Shown in pieces: positions 13,246-26,400 of a DNA stretch of 64,000 nt; position 1 is the first letter of the stretch; the number at the start of each line of letters is the position of its first letter. Source of the DNA: Daphnia carinata (taxonomy: Eukaryota); contig NC_081332.1 in the NCBI RefSeq assembly GCF_022539665.2, forward strand, positions 5,456,001 through 5,520,000, given 5' to 3'. The position numbers and the translations under genes are program-made. Below the pieces are notes generated by a model. It ran no database searches, was not told the DNA's origin, and saw nothing but the letters and a program-made list of their open reading frames with translations.

Positions 13246-16200
13246 TGTATTTTGAAGGCAACGCCAGCAGACAGAAACTGAATCTGACGTATGGGCAACT
13301 GTCAAGCTTTGCCAGATGCTCCAGTTCTGGAAAATTGACAGATTCACTTTTGTTAAAATGCCGATTTAAATAACGACAGCTTAAAATTCTAAAAATATAA
13401 GACAATGGTGAGGTTCTCTACAACTGTAGTAAGAACATCGTCAGAAAATGTTTCACGTGTTGCTAGACGATGATAACAAACTTAATTGTATAGACGTAAG
13501 AACGAGGATGACATGCAGTAATGGACATCCATAAAAAACGAAAGTCAATGATCGAAACTAGCCGAGCGCATCGACAGATGAATACGCGTATACTATAAAA
13601 AAAATACTTTCATTACTTGTGATTTTTTTATTCCCATTCAATGAATGACGGCCACTATCATTACATTCTGACTCGTCATTCACACACACCGTTTTCTTTT
13701 CCTCATCCACAGCCACGTCTGTTGCTAGGATAAAATGCAATTTCCCACTGTACAATAAGGCGGCTGCAGTGCCGGAAAACAATTGCGTGCGCGTGCCATA
13801 CCCAAGGACAAAAAAACAGTCTTTCGTGTATCATTCGAACGACAAAAAAAATTATAAAAGAATTACTATGTCCCCTAGCGGTATAATCTCAGCATCACGC
13901 AGCCATCGTCAATGTGTTTCTTTTATTTGATTCATTCTTTAATCGACCCCTCGATGAATAGTAAAGCGTCAATGAACGAAATCATTCACGCGCATCTAAT
14001 GTTGAAAATGGATCTTTTTTTTTATGTTTTAAACGTAGAGGGCTATAGAATACGAAGGGCAGTGTTTTCAAAATCAAAATTTGAAAGGATCTTGCGTCTA
14101 CCGTTCGGCTATGTAACACACTCGATAAAAATAGAGTTTTACTTGGCATTTGACAATGACGGGACACGGACCTCCAACTGAGATTCTCGAGTTAGGGGGG
14201 TATGTACAATCACTGCCCGCTTGTGTTTGCCGTTCCAGCATCCACGCATCGTCTAAAGTTCTAACATAGTACGTTACGAGCCCTTACCTTTAAAAAAATA
14301 TATCCATCCATCACACGACCAACGAAAAATGAATTTTCACATATCGTAAGTTCCCTGTAGCATTTGAGGGTTCAGCAACACAATAACCCCATTTCTTAAC
14401 TATAATTGGATTTGATCGGTTCTTTTTTACCGTTTTAATACGGGACAATAGAAATACAACCTCGTGATTGCTGACTCGTGTCAAACGAGTTAACACGAAT
14501 TTTTTTTTCAAACCCCTTTCAATCTCATCGATCATTGATTTGATTCTCTTCCGAAAGATACAGACAAAGAGTTTGAACAAAAGAATGAAAAAAGAAATTC
14601 AACCGTCCGAAGACAAAAAAATGTTTTACGGCACGCGATTTTTTTTTAACGACATCCCCCTCCCATTGTGTGTACACACAACACGGTACTAGTGAATTAA
14701 AGTCATCAATAACTTTTTTTTTTCATTTATATATCTTAAAATCTATTTCGTATCCCGTCCCCCTCTTGTTGCACTTACGATCCCTCGTCGGTTGTACACT
14801 TGGTTTTCCTATTGTTGTTTTTGTCTAAAGGCAGATGGCATTACGTAAAACCACACAGCGTTATATCATTGCCTCTATCTTTCGTTATACAACAAAAATC
14901 TTGTGATTGTTATTTTTATGAACACCAACAATAGAGATAGACCCTCACACTGTTTAGCTGTCGACACACGATCCCGATTTCCCGGTCAATCGCCTCTCCC
15001 TTTTTTTCTTTCCTACACGCCATTGACTATCAACCAATAAAAACTACTGATGCTCTTTATCTAGTTGCTACAATTGAGTTGGTATAGGAATCGATAGTTT
15101 GAGAGCCAAACCACTTGTCTCCTCCCGCGTAAAAATATGGTCACATATACAATTTGATGTTGAATTATTATATAAGAGATTTATCGTTGCAAAGGGAAAA
15201 AACGAATGGGCTTGCTCTCATGGACGGCTGACCGCCACTTTTTGACACTTGACGGCCGGACACTTGTTTTCTCCCCTCTGACTCTCTCTGTATGATCAAC
15301 TCCCTTAGATCTATCAAACTCAAAATGTCCAGCCTTGTTTTTGTATTCGGTTCAATGACGATTGTTATACTGTATACACCTTCTATAAAACGTACTGGAT
15401 ACTCTCATGTAACACACTAGCGTCGGATATTGCACTCTCAACCCTCGCCCTTTCTTTTTCCCCGTGTAGAACACAATAATGTACAGCCCCATTTCGAAAA
15501 TTGTCATCTGTCGTCTATGATATGTTCGAGAGACAAGCGGCAGTTGTTTCCATTCCGGCTCTAAGTAAAAAGGCTGTATACAGCACTCAGAATTTTACAC
15601 ACAGAAATTGCTCCTTTTTATTTCGTCTATAGTGTACGATAATGAACCTTTCTAACGGAGTACAACCTTTTCACGCGGCCGACGTTCATTTCACAGGCAG
15701 CAAGAGAACCATCTATGGCGGTGATACAGCGAGGGTGTGAACGCGGAGGGATGAATGAAGAAAACTTTTAGTTTAGAAATCAACAGCAGCTTGATGGCGG
15801 TGCTCTATCGGTTGATAAAAGAGTAATCATGACCCTTTTTGATTTCATTCCGCCCTCACCCTCGTAGATTTTTTTTTTATGTGAAGGAAAATTCGTATAT
15901 TGATGGTTTATAAATGTGGGCCTATTGATCTATTCACGGAGGATGTATACGACGAGCGGTAAAAAAAAAACATTTGCATATTCAATAGCAAATTTGTGGG
16001 AAAAAAATTTTTAAAAGAATTTTAAAGTTCGTAAATGAACCGGAACATCTTTCAGCGTTGAAAAGCGGCTGGTTTAGGCCTAATCCTTTTTTTCTATTCG
16101 TAATTGATTACCGTGAACTTATTTCTTTTGTACAATTTGAATGCCCTTAAATTTTTGAAACTGCTACTCATTAGAACTTTCTGTTACATGTCCTCTCTAT

Positions 16201-16661
16201 GAAAGATGCCATTCAACGCCTCGTGCTAATTCTCAAAAGGAGTCAAATCCCGCGTACGAATTCCGAGTCATTTTGAAAAATTACGAAGAAACCATAGGCA
16301 CAAGTTTACTATCAAAATCGGATCATCAATCTATTGAAAAATGCCCATTAAAATCTTATTGCTACATCCATTGAATTCAACTGATTATAATCTACCATAA
16401 TCCACTATGTGTACCCATCGATATTCAACTCCCCTATCTATGCGATTTTTAACGTGCAGTGAAGTCTCCGTGAACCCTCCGTTTCTCACTCTCCGTGTAT
16501 ATATAGACATTGCCTCTCTGTGCACACTTATGAGTAGTTGAGGGGGAGACGAGGTTATGCGCTTGTATACACATATTGAAACGAAGAGTGAATACGAGAG
16601 AGAGAGGAACGTGAGGGGGAGGCGGGTAATCATCATTGGAGACAGGGGTGTGGATAGCGAG

Positions 16662-16694
16662 TGTGAGAACCGGCAGAATAGAAGCTTTCCCACG
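16662..16694. promoter_or_regulatory. Su(H)/CSL paired site (SPS), likely a Notch-responsive enhancer near Hey
   Basis: TGTGAGAA (16662-16669), 17-nt spacer, TTCCCACG (16687-16694): head-to-head YGTGRGAA sites at canonical SPS spacing. Confidence 0.7.
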
Positions 16695-18214
16695 TGCCCG
16701 CTCCTCTTTATACAACGCAGTATAACATGGACAGGAGGTTGAATTTACGTGACCGCTAATCGTTCGTGTATATTACATACGAGCGTTCGTCAACCGGTGC
16801 AGCACTTGTTATTTTATTTTTCAATTTTTCGGCCGCTGTGTTGTGTTCACCTTCAGTAAAATTAAACTTAATTTTTTAATTTAAAAGTTTTGTTATTGAA
16901 TTTAATTCATTTATAGAAATAGAACGATTTTCTAAATGGGCGTGTTTGAACACGAATTTTTATTCAATAGGGAAATGTTTAATTGTTGGCTGGGGTTCGA
17001 TGTGTCGATTCGTGAAAGAATAATTACCAGCAGCTGTCCGCATGTAGGAAACGTTACAAAGCTTTGCACGAGAGCTTGCCATTAATCTCAAACTCAATTT
17101 TTTTTAAATTTTCCACACAAAAAATAAAAAGAAAACTAACTGGAATTTTTGATAAAATCCATATTCATTTCCTGTTTGATACAGGGGTTATAGGCAAGTG
17201 AGAGGGGAACTGAAGGGTACTTTGCGAGGTAGTATATTTACATACCATCCGTGCAAGTAAACAGGGTAAAATCAACCCTATACCGTTCGTTAATTATCAT
17301 GATGGTTAATGGACATGGAAGTCTCTTTATATTATTATTTTATACCACGACTTTTGAACTGTTTCCCTTTTATCGCTATAGTGCTTGTTTTGGCTGATGC
17401 CGTGAAAAATGCATGCAGTATACATTTGATGACCGGATATTGAGCTCCTTCTTTTATATCCTCCTCCCCCACCTATAATACCATCATCCATGCACCTCGA
17501 CATTTTCTCCCAAAAAAATGTAAAAGAAAAATAGGAAATAAAAAAAAATGAATGAAGATAAAAAGGGGGGAATGATGAGTTCCATTTGCTCCGGCAACTG
17601 GTTGCGCTCATCTCCCCTCTTCTTTCCCACGCCGGTTTCCCGTCATACGTAGTGAGACTCTTCACGATGAGAGGATTTTCTTTTTTTGCACGATAAAAAA
17701 AAAGAAAAACAAACAAAGAAAAAAAAAGGACGAGGAAGGGGCGTAGATATCAAAGAGAGGAGAATTTTATGGCTTATGTCAATTAACAAGGCAAACGACT
17801 TGTTTAGACTAGGAATCTGAATATTTATGTCTAGTACAGAAATTAATGACCAAAGTCGAGAATAAAGGTTTTTTTTTACAAGTTTTGTAATGAACTAGAA
17901 TTATTCGTATTGCATATCGAGAGATCATCACAAAACACTAAGAAAATTGGTCCATTCTCATACGTCATTGAACATTAATCCAAATGTCGTAAATTACGTC
18001 ATGAAATTGCTCGGTATTATAAAACATTTGAAAAGGAAGGCGACTTATGAGCTCATGTTACTTTCTCTGGGCACAAACGTTTAGAAATAAAAAAGATTCA
18101 ACTGAACAATCATATTGGTCTCGTTGAAGATGTTGCTGACTAGCAAAAAAACTGATTAGCATTTGTACATATTAATGGAATAGAACTAAATCCTTTCCAA
18201 AAAATGCGTAAGTA

Positions 18215-19446
18215 TTAATAAGCCAATTCGGCACCCCAGGGCCTGTATGGTCTGACTTGGTTGCCGGAAGTGCTGTAGCTGGCATTCTGAGCGGCCAGCG
18301 AGGGGAAAGGATGATGATTGACATGAGGATAAGCAGCCGTAGCCGGATGATGGGGATGTCCAGGCTGAACGGGTTGCAGCGTCGTCATCGTTCCGCCGCT
18401 GTGATGGTGAGGCATCGTCGTGTGCGGATGGTGAAGACGGGCAGTATTCGCAGATGGATGACCAAAAGAATTGCTCATATCCATTCCGTAGTGGTGAGCC
18501 GACTGATCAAACACGCTACTAGGGCCGGGAGTTCCACTTTGCTGACCTCCCGAACTATTTGCCGGATGATTGTTGAAATTGTGATGCTGGACGGTATTGA
18601 CGTTATGCCCGCCACCGTAGCCACTGGGAGTTGGTGGGAAAGGCCAAGCGTTGCTGGGGGCCGGAGTGTTGACGGCAGATGATGGAGTTGCGGCGGTAGA
18701 AACGGGCGAAGTCACGGCGCCAGATGCCGTACCAGCAGTCACTGGTTTGTTGCTGAGTTCACGTTGAGTGGCAAAGCACTGCAGGTGCGACATCAGCCGC
18801 AAGCGCATCGGATCCTGGACGTCCATCCCCTCTACAGAGACCAAGTAGCGCGCTACTTCCGCCGCGCATTCACGGAATCCAATGTTGTGGTAGTCCATAG
18901 CGAACTTGTGTGGATCATAAGCCAGCGCATCCAAACCTATTAAACGAAAGCGAATTTTTAAATAACAATCCATTTCTTTTATATTTGTTACGAGAAGAAG
19001 ACGTAACTAAACGATAAATTTACCTTTGGCATGGAGCATTTTAAGGTGATCGACGGTGAGCTGGAGAATCTCTGCTTTCTCCAATTTAGCCGATCCTTGT
19101 TTTTCGAAAGCTGATGGCACTAGACGTCTCAACTCGGACAAACTATGATTGATTCGATCTCTTCGTCGCTTCTCAATAATTCCGCGCCTCCTTTTGCGTG
19201 TCATGTTGCCTCCTGTACTGGATGTGCCGCAAGATTCGTTCAAGCCTTCACCAGGTGAAGAACAACTGAAGAACGAAAACAAAATTATTTTAATAAAATG
19301 AATTCCAAATTGCCAGCGTATTCCGCACACGTCTTAATTTAAATCTTGTTGAATAATTGGACTTACTCTTTATTGGAGTGTTCGTCGTGGTAGAGATCCT
19401 CACAATCACTCTCGCTTAGGGCTCGCTTGTTTCTCCACATCTGCAT
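18215..19446 (-). CDS. Hey: Hairy/E(spl)-related with YRPW motif (bHLH-Orange repressor)
   Basis: Exons 19446-19367, 19265-19024 and 18936-18215. b[55 protein letters not shown], Orange domain [14 protein letters not shown]-terminal [10 protein letters not shown]. Start could be 19446 or 19440. Confidence 0.96.
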
Positions 19447-19643
19447 GGAACTAGACTGCCGGATTCGATGGGCACTTGTGTCTCGGTGGATCTTCCGGTT
19501 GCCGGAAAGGATAGAGTCGCCGTCAGGTAGATGTCGATGGTGTAGAGGGTAAAAATAGGAAGAGTACTAGATGTAGCGGAGAGTGTACTTGCTCACTGGA
19601 CTGCTGCTGGCGGACGACTGGCACACGGACGAACGTCGTCCGG

Positions 19644-19980
19644 TTTTAAATGGGACCGTGCCGGGTTCTAACACACACGCCACCCCTACGAGCAGCGCGT
19701 GTGTATCTCCCTCCCGTTCAACTGTGGGAAATGGAGGGTGAGTTCAGTGTTCCAGAGAATCCCCCTCCCCCATTCCTCCCCTCCTTTTTTTTGATCGCTC
19801 TCAGACACTTAGCGCGTGTGTTGGCGTACGGCCCCACGTACGGTCGGGCGCGCGACCCACCGACTAGACCGATGGATCATGGATATAAAATAGAAAAGAA
19901 AAAAAGCCCAGAGGATGGGATCATAAGAGTGAGAGATGCCTTTTTAGCTGTGTGACACAGCTTCGTACGCTTTTCCCACG
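19644..19980 (-). promoter_or_regulatory. Hey proximal promoter with Su(H) sites and class C boxes
   Basis: TGTGGGAA at 19723-19730 and TTCCCACG at 19973-19980; CGCGTG (CACGCG on the minus strand) at 19696 and 19813; TATA-like TTTAAAA near 19644-19650. Confidence 0.6.
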
Positions 19981-20497
19981 CAGACTCTTCTCCCTGTTTT
20001 ACTTCTTAGCACCTATAGCTTCCGCTACGACTATGAATTTTTCTTTTGGCTCGTTTTATTTTTTATTTTGTCATGTTGGATGGGATGGGGTTTGTTTTGA
20101 TGTTGACAAATCAATAGGGAATTTTGTTCATGGTAAGAGCGTAAGCACATCCTCCCTTTCTTTATTTTCAATTATCTAGCACGTGCTCCGTAAGACACTG
20201 TCAACATAGCATCCATCATGTGTTTTAGAGTGCATGAATGAAAGATCGTATCACTTTTTTAAAAACGAAATTTGTTTTTATTTTATTGTTTTCAAAACTG
20301 ACCAAGACAAAGAAAATGCAATACTTTTAACTTCAAAAGTCAATGACATTGTTAAAACGAGGGCAAAGGAAGTTTGATGATTATTTACCACCAACTGAAC
20401 ACTTGGTTAAAACATTCCTATTTAAGCTAGATAACACAGTGAACAAACAAAATTGGAGCTATTACTTTGGTTTCAAAAAATGCTTTGGCTGCTATCC

Positions 20498-21399
20498 TCA
20501 CGAGTTGTGCGGCTTCACCTCTTCGTCATTGACCGCAGAAGACAAGAAATGTGCTCGCTTTTGCGATAGTTCATCCACCCAGCGTTTAATCTCAGGATGC
20601 TTAAAACGGCCTTCAGTTGCGTCAAAGAATTCCTGGAGCGCTCGTGGTTTGTTGCGAGACTCTTCATATTCATACGCTTGGCAAATCATGTCGAAGCGGT
20701 CGAGGTCTTTGACTAAAATAGCCTCATTTGTCACTTGATTTTCATACTCCATGAAGAGACTGAAATCATTAATAATTATGGTTTAGAATGCTATCTATGT
20801 AGAACACAAGTTTTGTTTACGCCTTGAGATCGTCAGCAGCAAGTTCAGGAACCAATTTGATCAAAGTTTCCATGGCAGCTTCTTCTTGACGATGTTTGTC
20901 CTCTACTGACACACCACAATGAGGTGTTAAGTCTCCAACAATACTTTCAGCCATATCGTGTACAAGACACATTTTAAGGCACCTGATAAAGAGAAAAATT
21001 TAATCATTAAGAAACAAGAACATAGACGAAAATGGTTACACTACCTTTGAATGTCTACATCTTTGGTTTCCAGAAGGAAAGTGAGCATAGCCATTCGGTA
21101 CCTACATAGCAAAATAAAAAAAAATTCATGCTGTGAGAACCAATAGAACCTGTTCTGAGGAGCGACTTACATATGTGAGGCCACGGTCTCGCAATTAGGG
21201 ATGTCTCGTATCACCCATCCTGTTCTTGGAAGATGCTAGGAGAGTATCAAAACGAAAAAGGAACGTTGAAGCAGTTGATAGGGATCATTGCATGGGCAAG
21301 CCAGGGTTTCGAAAGAAGTGCGAGTATATTATTAGTTATTACCTTCAGCCTTCCCATAAATTGGCAAAACTCCAAAACTTTAGAATTAACTCCAGTCAT
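20498..21399 (-). CDS. HDDC2: HD domain-containing protein 2 (5'-deoxynucleotidase)
   Basis: Spliced motifs RTGWV, ETVASHMYRMA, CLVHDMAESIVGDLTPHCGV, VKDLDRFDMICQAYEYE and LQEFFDAT. Confidence 0.92.
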
Positions 21400-22251
21400 G
21401 TTTTACTTTAATTGGGCAGGATAACAGTCGTAGAATTTGTGCTTTTGTGTGAATTTGTGAATTGTTTAGTCGGTTACCGGGCACCCCAGGGGAATCCGGT
21501 TTTTTATTGTTGAGATATACCGCCAGGGCGTATAAATGGCATTCTCCGCTCACAGCTACCAGTCACCGTAAACCTTACTTAGCATAATTTCATATGAAAA
21601 AAAAACAAACCCTCTCCCCCACAAAAAAAAAATAAAAAAAAAATGAAAAAGAAAAAACAGAATACATGCAAAAAAAATTCAAGGAAAAAGTTTACGTATT
21701 GCTTTTCAGGTTCGAAGAATTCGGAAGATGGTAGCAGTTGACATTTTTTGGGTGATCAGCTGATAACTCCCTATGGGTTTTCTGGTGTCGTCTGTTCTGT
21801 TTTGGAAATTTGGAGTTCGGAATTCGCTCGCTTGGCACGATGTTAAAACTAGTTTGCTCTGATTAGCGCTTTTCTTCTATAGAGTGACGACTTGCCACAC
21901 TCAAAGTCAGTAATTCAATAAGTGGTGGCACGAGTTCCTATAGTTTACGGTATCGTGATTTCGAGAGCACATAACTCGTCACACTGGAAGGGTAAAAAGT
22001 ATCACAAATTCTTTATCTGAAGATTACCAAATTGCAGACGGTAATTGACTCTATCGCATTATACAAGCAATTTTCTGTTAATTTCATGTCGATAAAAATT
22101 GATATTGTAAATTACCGATGAAGTGAATCTAATTACTTGGCAGACTGGGAAGTATTAACAACAGCAGTGATTTTTTTTTATAATAAAAATGAAAAAATAT
22201 TTTAATGTGTATTATTAAATGAATTTTCTCTTTAATGGGCAGGATATTGTA

Positions 22252-22650
22252 ATGGCTGGGCATGATCATGATGAGCGGGTTCTTAATGGTGAGGAATGGA
22301 TAGTAGAAGCCCTTGCAGTGATACATGATGTCAAAGACCATGTATCTGAAATAACTATTGCAGATGGATCTGTTAATAGTGATCAATTAATTCATTTGAA
22401 TTTAACAACTAAGGAGAAAAAACAGTACTGCATCGAACTGACAGCTCAGGGTTTTCGTGTAGTGGGCTTTGAGTACAATCAAACAAATGTTCCATCTGAT
22501 GACTATTACGAAACCCCTTATGCTTTGCTTGACAAACTTAGTCCTATGTATCGTCAAGCATTTGGAGATTCTTTAGTGTCAAAACTTTTGCTTCTCCATT
22601 CTTCTCAAAGACATAGTTTCGACGTGGAACCACAGACAAATGATTCATAG
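22252..22650 (+). CDS. GSKIP: GSK3-beta interaction protein
   Basis: Single coding exon with EALAVIHDV, LNLTTKEKKQYCIELTAQGFRVVG and YYETPYALLDKLSPMYRQAFGDSLVSKL (DUF727-type motifs). Confidence 0.92.
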   Translation: MAGHDHDERVLNGEEWIVEALAVIHDVKDHVSEITIADGSVNSDQLIHLNLTTKEKKQYCIELTAQGFRVVGFEYNQTNVPSDDYYETPYALLDKLSPMYRQAFGDSLVSKLLLLHSSQRHSFDVEPQTNDS

Positions 22651-23437
22651 CTGCCAAATTTTCGATCTATGAAACTGGTTAAATCAACAAAAGGAACCGA
22701 AACAAAACTATTTCTGTTAAACATGAACGATCTGTGCTAAATCAATTCGAAATACCGCCCCCACCCTGCATAGGACTTGAGCGCCGACGAACAAAATTGC
22801 TGTCCCTTATCGTTCCACTTCCGTTTTGTATCTGTGTCAATCTGTCACCCAAAAGATTTCCGGAATAGTCAAAATAGTAAATGACATCACGTTAAATAGA
22901 GCGTTTATATTAATATTTAAATTAATTTGCCATAGCATCGACAATATATAAAACTGTATTGAATTCAACTGAATATTTTTTCCTTTCCTGCACCTGCGCG
23001 CATAAACTTGTATTGTACCTATTGCATATTTCATCGATCCTTTCGTCCCGGATTATTGACATTTCAATTCAAAAATACGGGTTTATAGCACGCATTGACA
23101 GGCCATTGCAGCATGAAATGGTTTAATGATATTTATGTAGGGTAGATTTCTGAAAAAAAAGACACTATTTAAAAATCACAAAAACAGTTGTCAACTTTTA
23201 CCGACAGGTTCGCTGTTTCGCTTAAACGACGGTTGCTATGTTTTCGTTTTCGCGCTTTTGAAAATTACAAAAGCCACACAGTGCATCGGCTAGTGCATTT
23301 GAACCAATTCTTGTGTATTTTCAATATAGCATGAGCGATCGGTTCATGCTTTTAACATATTTACGACGCACCAATCTTTTATTTCCTATCAGAATAGCTA
23401 TATTGCATGTCACTTTTTGATTTTCGGTAGCGTAACC

Positions 23438-26400
23438 ATGGGGACCCAGAGCAATCCACATAGCAATTTACGATCAAAACCTAGCTTATCACAATACGTC
23501 AGTGTTCGCCAACGATTGGACGACTTGGGTTACAACAGTTACTTATCAAATGACTCTGTTCCATTAGTTGATAAACTAGTTAAAGATCTCCTGCATTATA
23601 AACGTTTGAGCGCAGGAAATCAAAATTCTCAAAGGGTGAGAAAAGTAAAAAGTGTTTATTGCTCTCCTTTGTTTGTCAATTACATGATATTTGCCTTTTA
23701 CAGCAAAGTGAACAAGCCCCGGCAGAAAGTTCGACCACAACAGAATGTAGCATTAAGAATTTTGGCCAACCTTATCGGCAGCATTCCCGGGATGAAAATA
23801 TAACCAACAGAGAAGTAGAAGGTAAATTTTAACTGAATAGTTGAAGAAAAATCTACTAAGTTTGTAATTTTTGTTTAGTACTAAAACAGGAAAAATCAAA
23901 GCTTCAAGAAAAAATCAATGAACTGAAATTTGTTCTCGATCAAAACACAACTATTATCCAAAGATTAAAAAAGGAAAATGATACAAAAAGTGTATTACTT
24001 TTGCAGCTTCAAAATGGAACAGTCAAGGGTAAATTCATTTTGTATAATATTGTATTGTAAACAAATTTCTGAAATATGTCTAATCGCTCAAATTAGGTGA
24101 ATCACAGGCTAATACATCCAAACCCAGCATAGAAAAAGATGGTGATTTACCAGGGGCCAACCTATCAAAAATTCAGGCACTTTACAAGAGGATACTAGCA
24201 GCATCTGATAATCCCGCTATTATCGACTGGGTTAAAGCCGCTGAAGTAAAAATCAGCAACTTGGAGCGTGAATTAGACAATACCAGCAAAGCACTCGATG
24301 TTAGCCAAAGAACTTGCGAGCAGTTTCAGAAGCAGGTTTGTGGATTTTCAGTAGCAGTGTTCAATCTCTTGTATCCCCATTAACTTCCGCTATTTAGATT
24401 TTGGAATATGAAAACAAACTCATCCAGTTCGAGAAAGCAGACAGAAACAGAGGAACCAATACCTTTGCGCAATTGAAATCTCGAATGGAACAAAAGGAGC
24501 GAGAGAATAAAGAACTCCAGGCTAAACTCTCAGGTAAAATATATGTATATTTTTTCTCGGGTTTCCGCGAACGACATTTGTTGGTTTTTGCTGTGTGGTT
24601 GTCCTTGTTTTGCTTCATTATTATTATTTTTTTTTTCAACATGATATGTAGAAGCAGTACGGAACCAACATGAAGCAATGAGTAGAGCAATTATGCTAGC
24701 TGGCGACAGATCATACAATCACGAAACGGCAGCAAAAAACGCTAGTGCAGAGAAAAAAGTTATTAGTCTTGAGTCAGAACGCAACGTGATGAAAAAGATG
24801 TTAACCACCACACAGAAAGAAAGGGACGAATTAATGAAAGAAGTCCATCGCTTACATTCTCAAGGTTGATAAACTGCCGTCCTTAGAACCTCCCATTTTT
24901 TAATTATTTGAATTCATCTTTTTCCTGTTTTACTATAGAATCCATGTTGATGAATGAAATTCGTGCTCTCGTAAGCAGTGAATCATCCTCACAGGGACCA
25001 AAATCCAAGCATGTTCGCTTTCAAACGAATAACAAAAATGCTTCAACAATGGATAGTGGCATCGACTCTTCTGCAAGATCACCGTCTAATTCAGTTCAGG
25101 ATGAGGGGGGAGGACGCAGCCGTGAAAACTGGCTTAAGCGACTGGCAGAGCAGCGTCAGTTGTACTACGACAACGTTCATCAGTTACTGAATTACATGAA
25201 AAATCGCCAAGGAATACCTACCGAACTACCAGGCAGTAAACCTGATACGCAGAATTCTCATGCTTTTGACCCCAGTCGACCAAACTTGCAGCAAAATCCT
25301 CCTCAAATGAGTAACGCATCGTACAATCTACCTCAGCAACAATTACAGCGGAACATTGATCAACCTTTGTATACGTATCAACAACCTCCACTCCTCAATT
25401 TTCAACAGCCGAATCGGCAACAAGTTCCGGCAGGGGGCCAGACGACATATAATTGGCCTTCCGGCCAACATTATGGGCCACAATCTGAAAACATATTTGC
25501 TCCGCCAAATCAAGAATCTCAGTCGATTTCAATGCCAACTGGGCAATCAAATGCACCGCTATCAAACGAAGCTTTCGCTCAGCAGAAACGTCAGCCTCCT
25601 GCTCAAATCCAAAGAAATTCTGACGAAACGCAGCAACAACCAAGTAACTATCAATGGTATGCTCAGTCTCAGAGAAATTCTGGACAAACAAATGTAGCAC
25701 GCCCGAATTTTCCTGTTTGTGTTTGTGGGGGCGTACCACAAAACTTTTTGTCACAATTCCAGGGCCAGCCCGGAACTCCTCAAACATATCAATCCAACCC
25801 GGGTATGGGTCCATTTAATTATCCACAATCATATCATGATCCCAATGCTGGCATGCCCAATTATCAAAATTCATATCAATCACACCCCAGTGCTCACCCG
25901 CAAGGATTTGCTCAACAGTCAAACCTTTCCTCCGCTCAGCATGCTCAAGGGTTTGCTACCCACACGAGTACAAAGTCGTCTGGTTTTAATACCCCCGATC
26001 AGGCTAACCACAGGATCAGCAGACCTACCACAACTAACGTGCAAGACCGTAAAACTCAAACGGAATCCGGAACTTCTGCATCAGCCTACACACCTACTGT
26101 CGAAGAAATAAGTAAATTACCAGACCAGATACAAACGTGGGCGCAAAGCATGGTCGAGGAAAAGAAGTCATTGAAAGAAAAGAATTCCGAACTACGACTT
26201 GAATTAGATGAAATAAAGGAGAATTCACAGAAATCGGATGGCCTTGTGACCGATGTTACAGAGAAATTAAAAAAGGCTGAAGATCTGATTGGGAAACTCG
26301 AGGCTGATATTGAGACTTCAAATGCGAAAGTGCGTTCTATGGAACAGAGCCTTCATCTCGAACGCAACAACTTGCAGCAGCTTCGCCTCGATATCGACGA

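Noticed and set aside
18257..18682. 141-aa ORF antisense to Hey, and similar antisense ORFs over TM9SF1, CEP135, ZMYND8 and NKCC
   Set aside because: Shadow frames of real exons.
23232..23262. RFX half X-box (GTTGCTATG) and E2F/CHR-like pair upstream of CEP135
   Set aside because: Only a half site and non-canonical spacing; plausible but too weak to claim.
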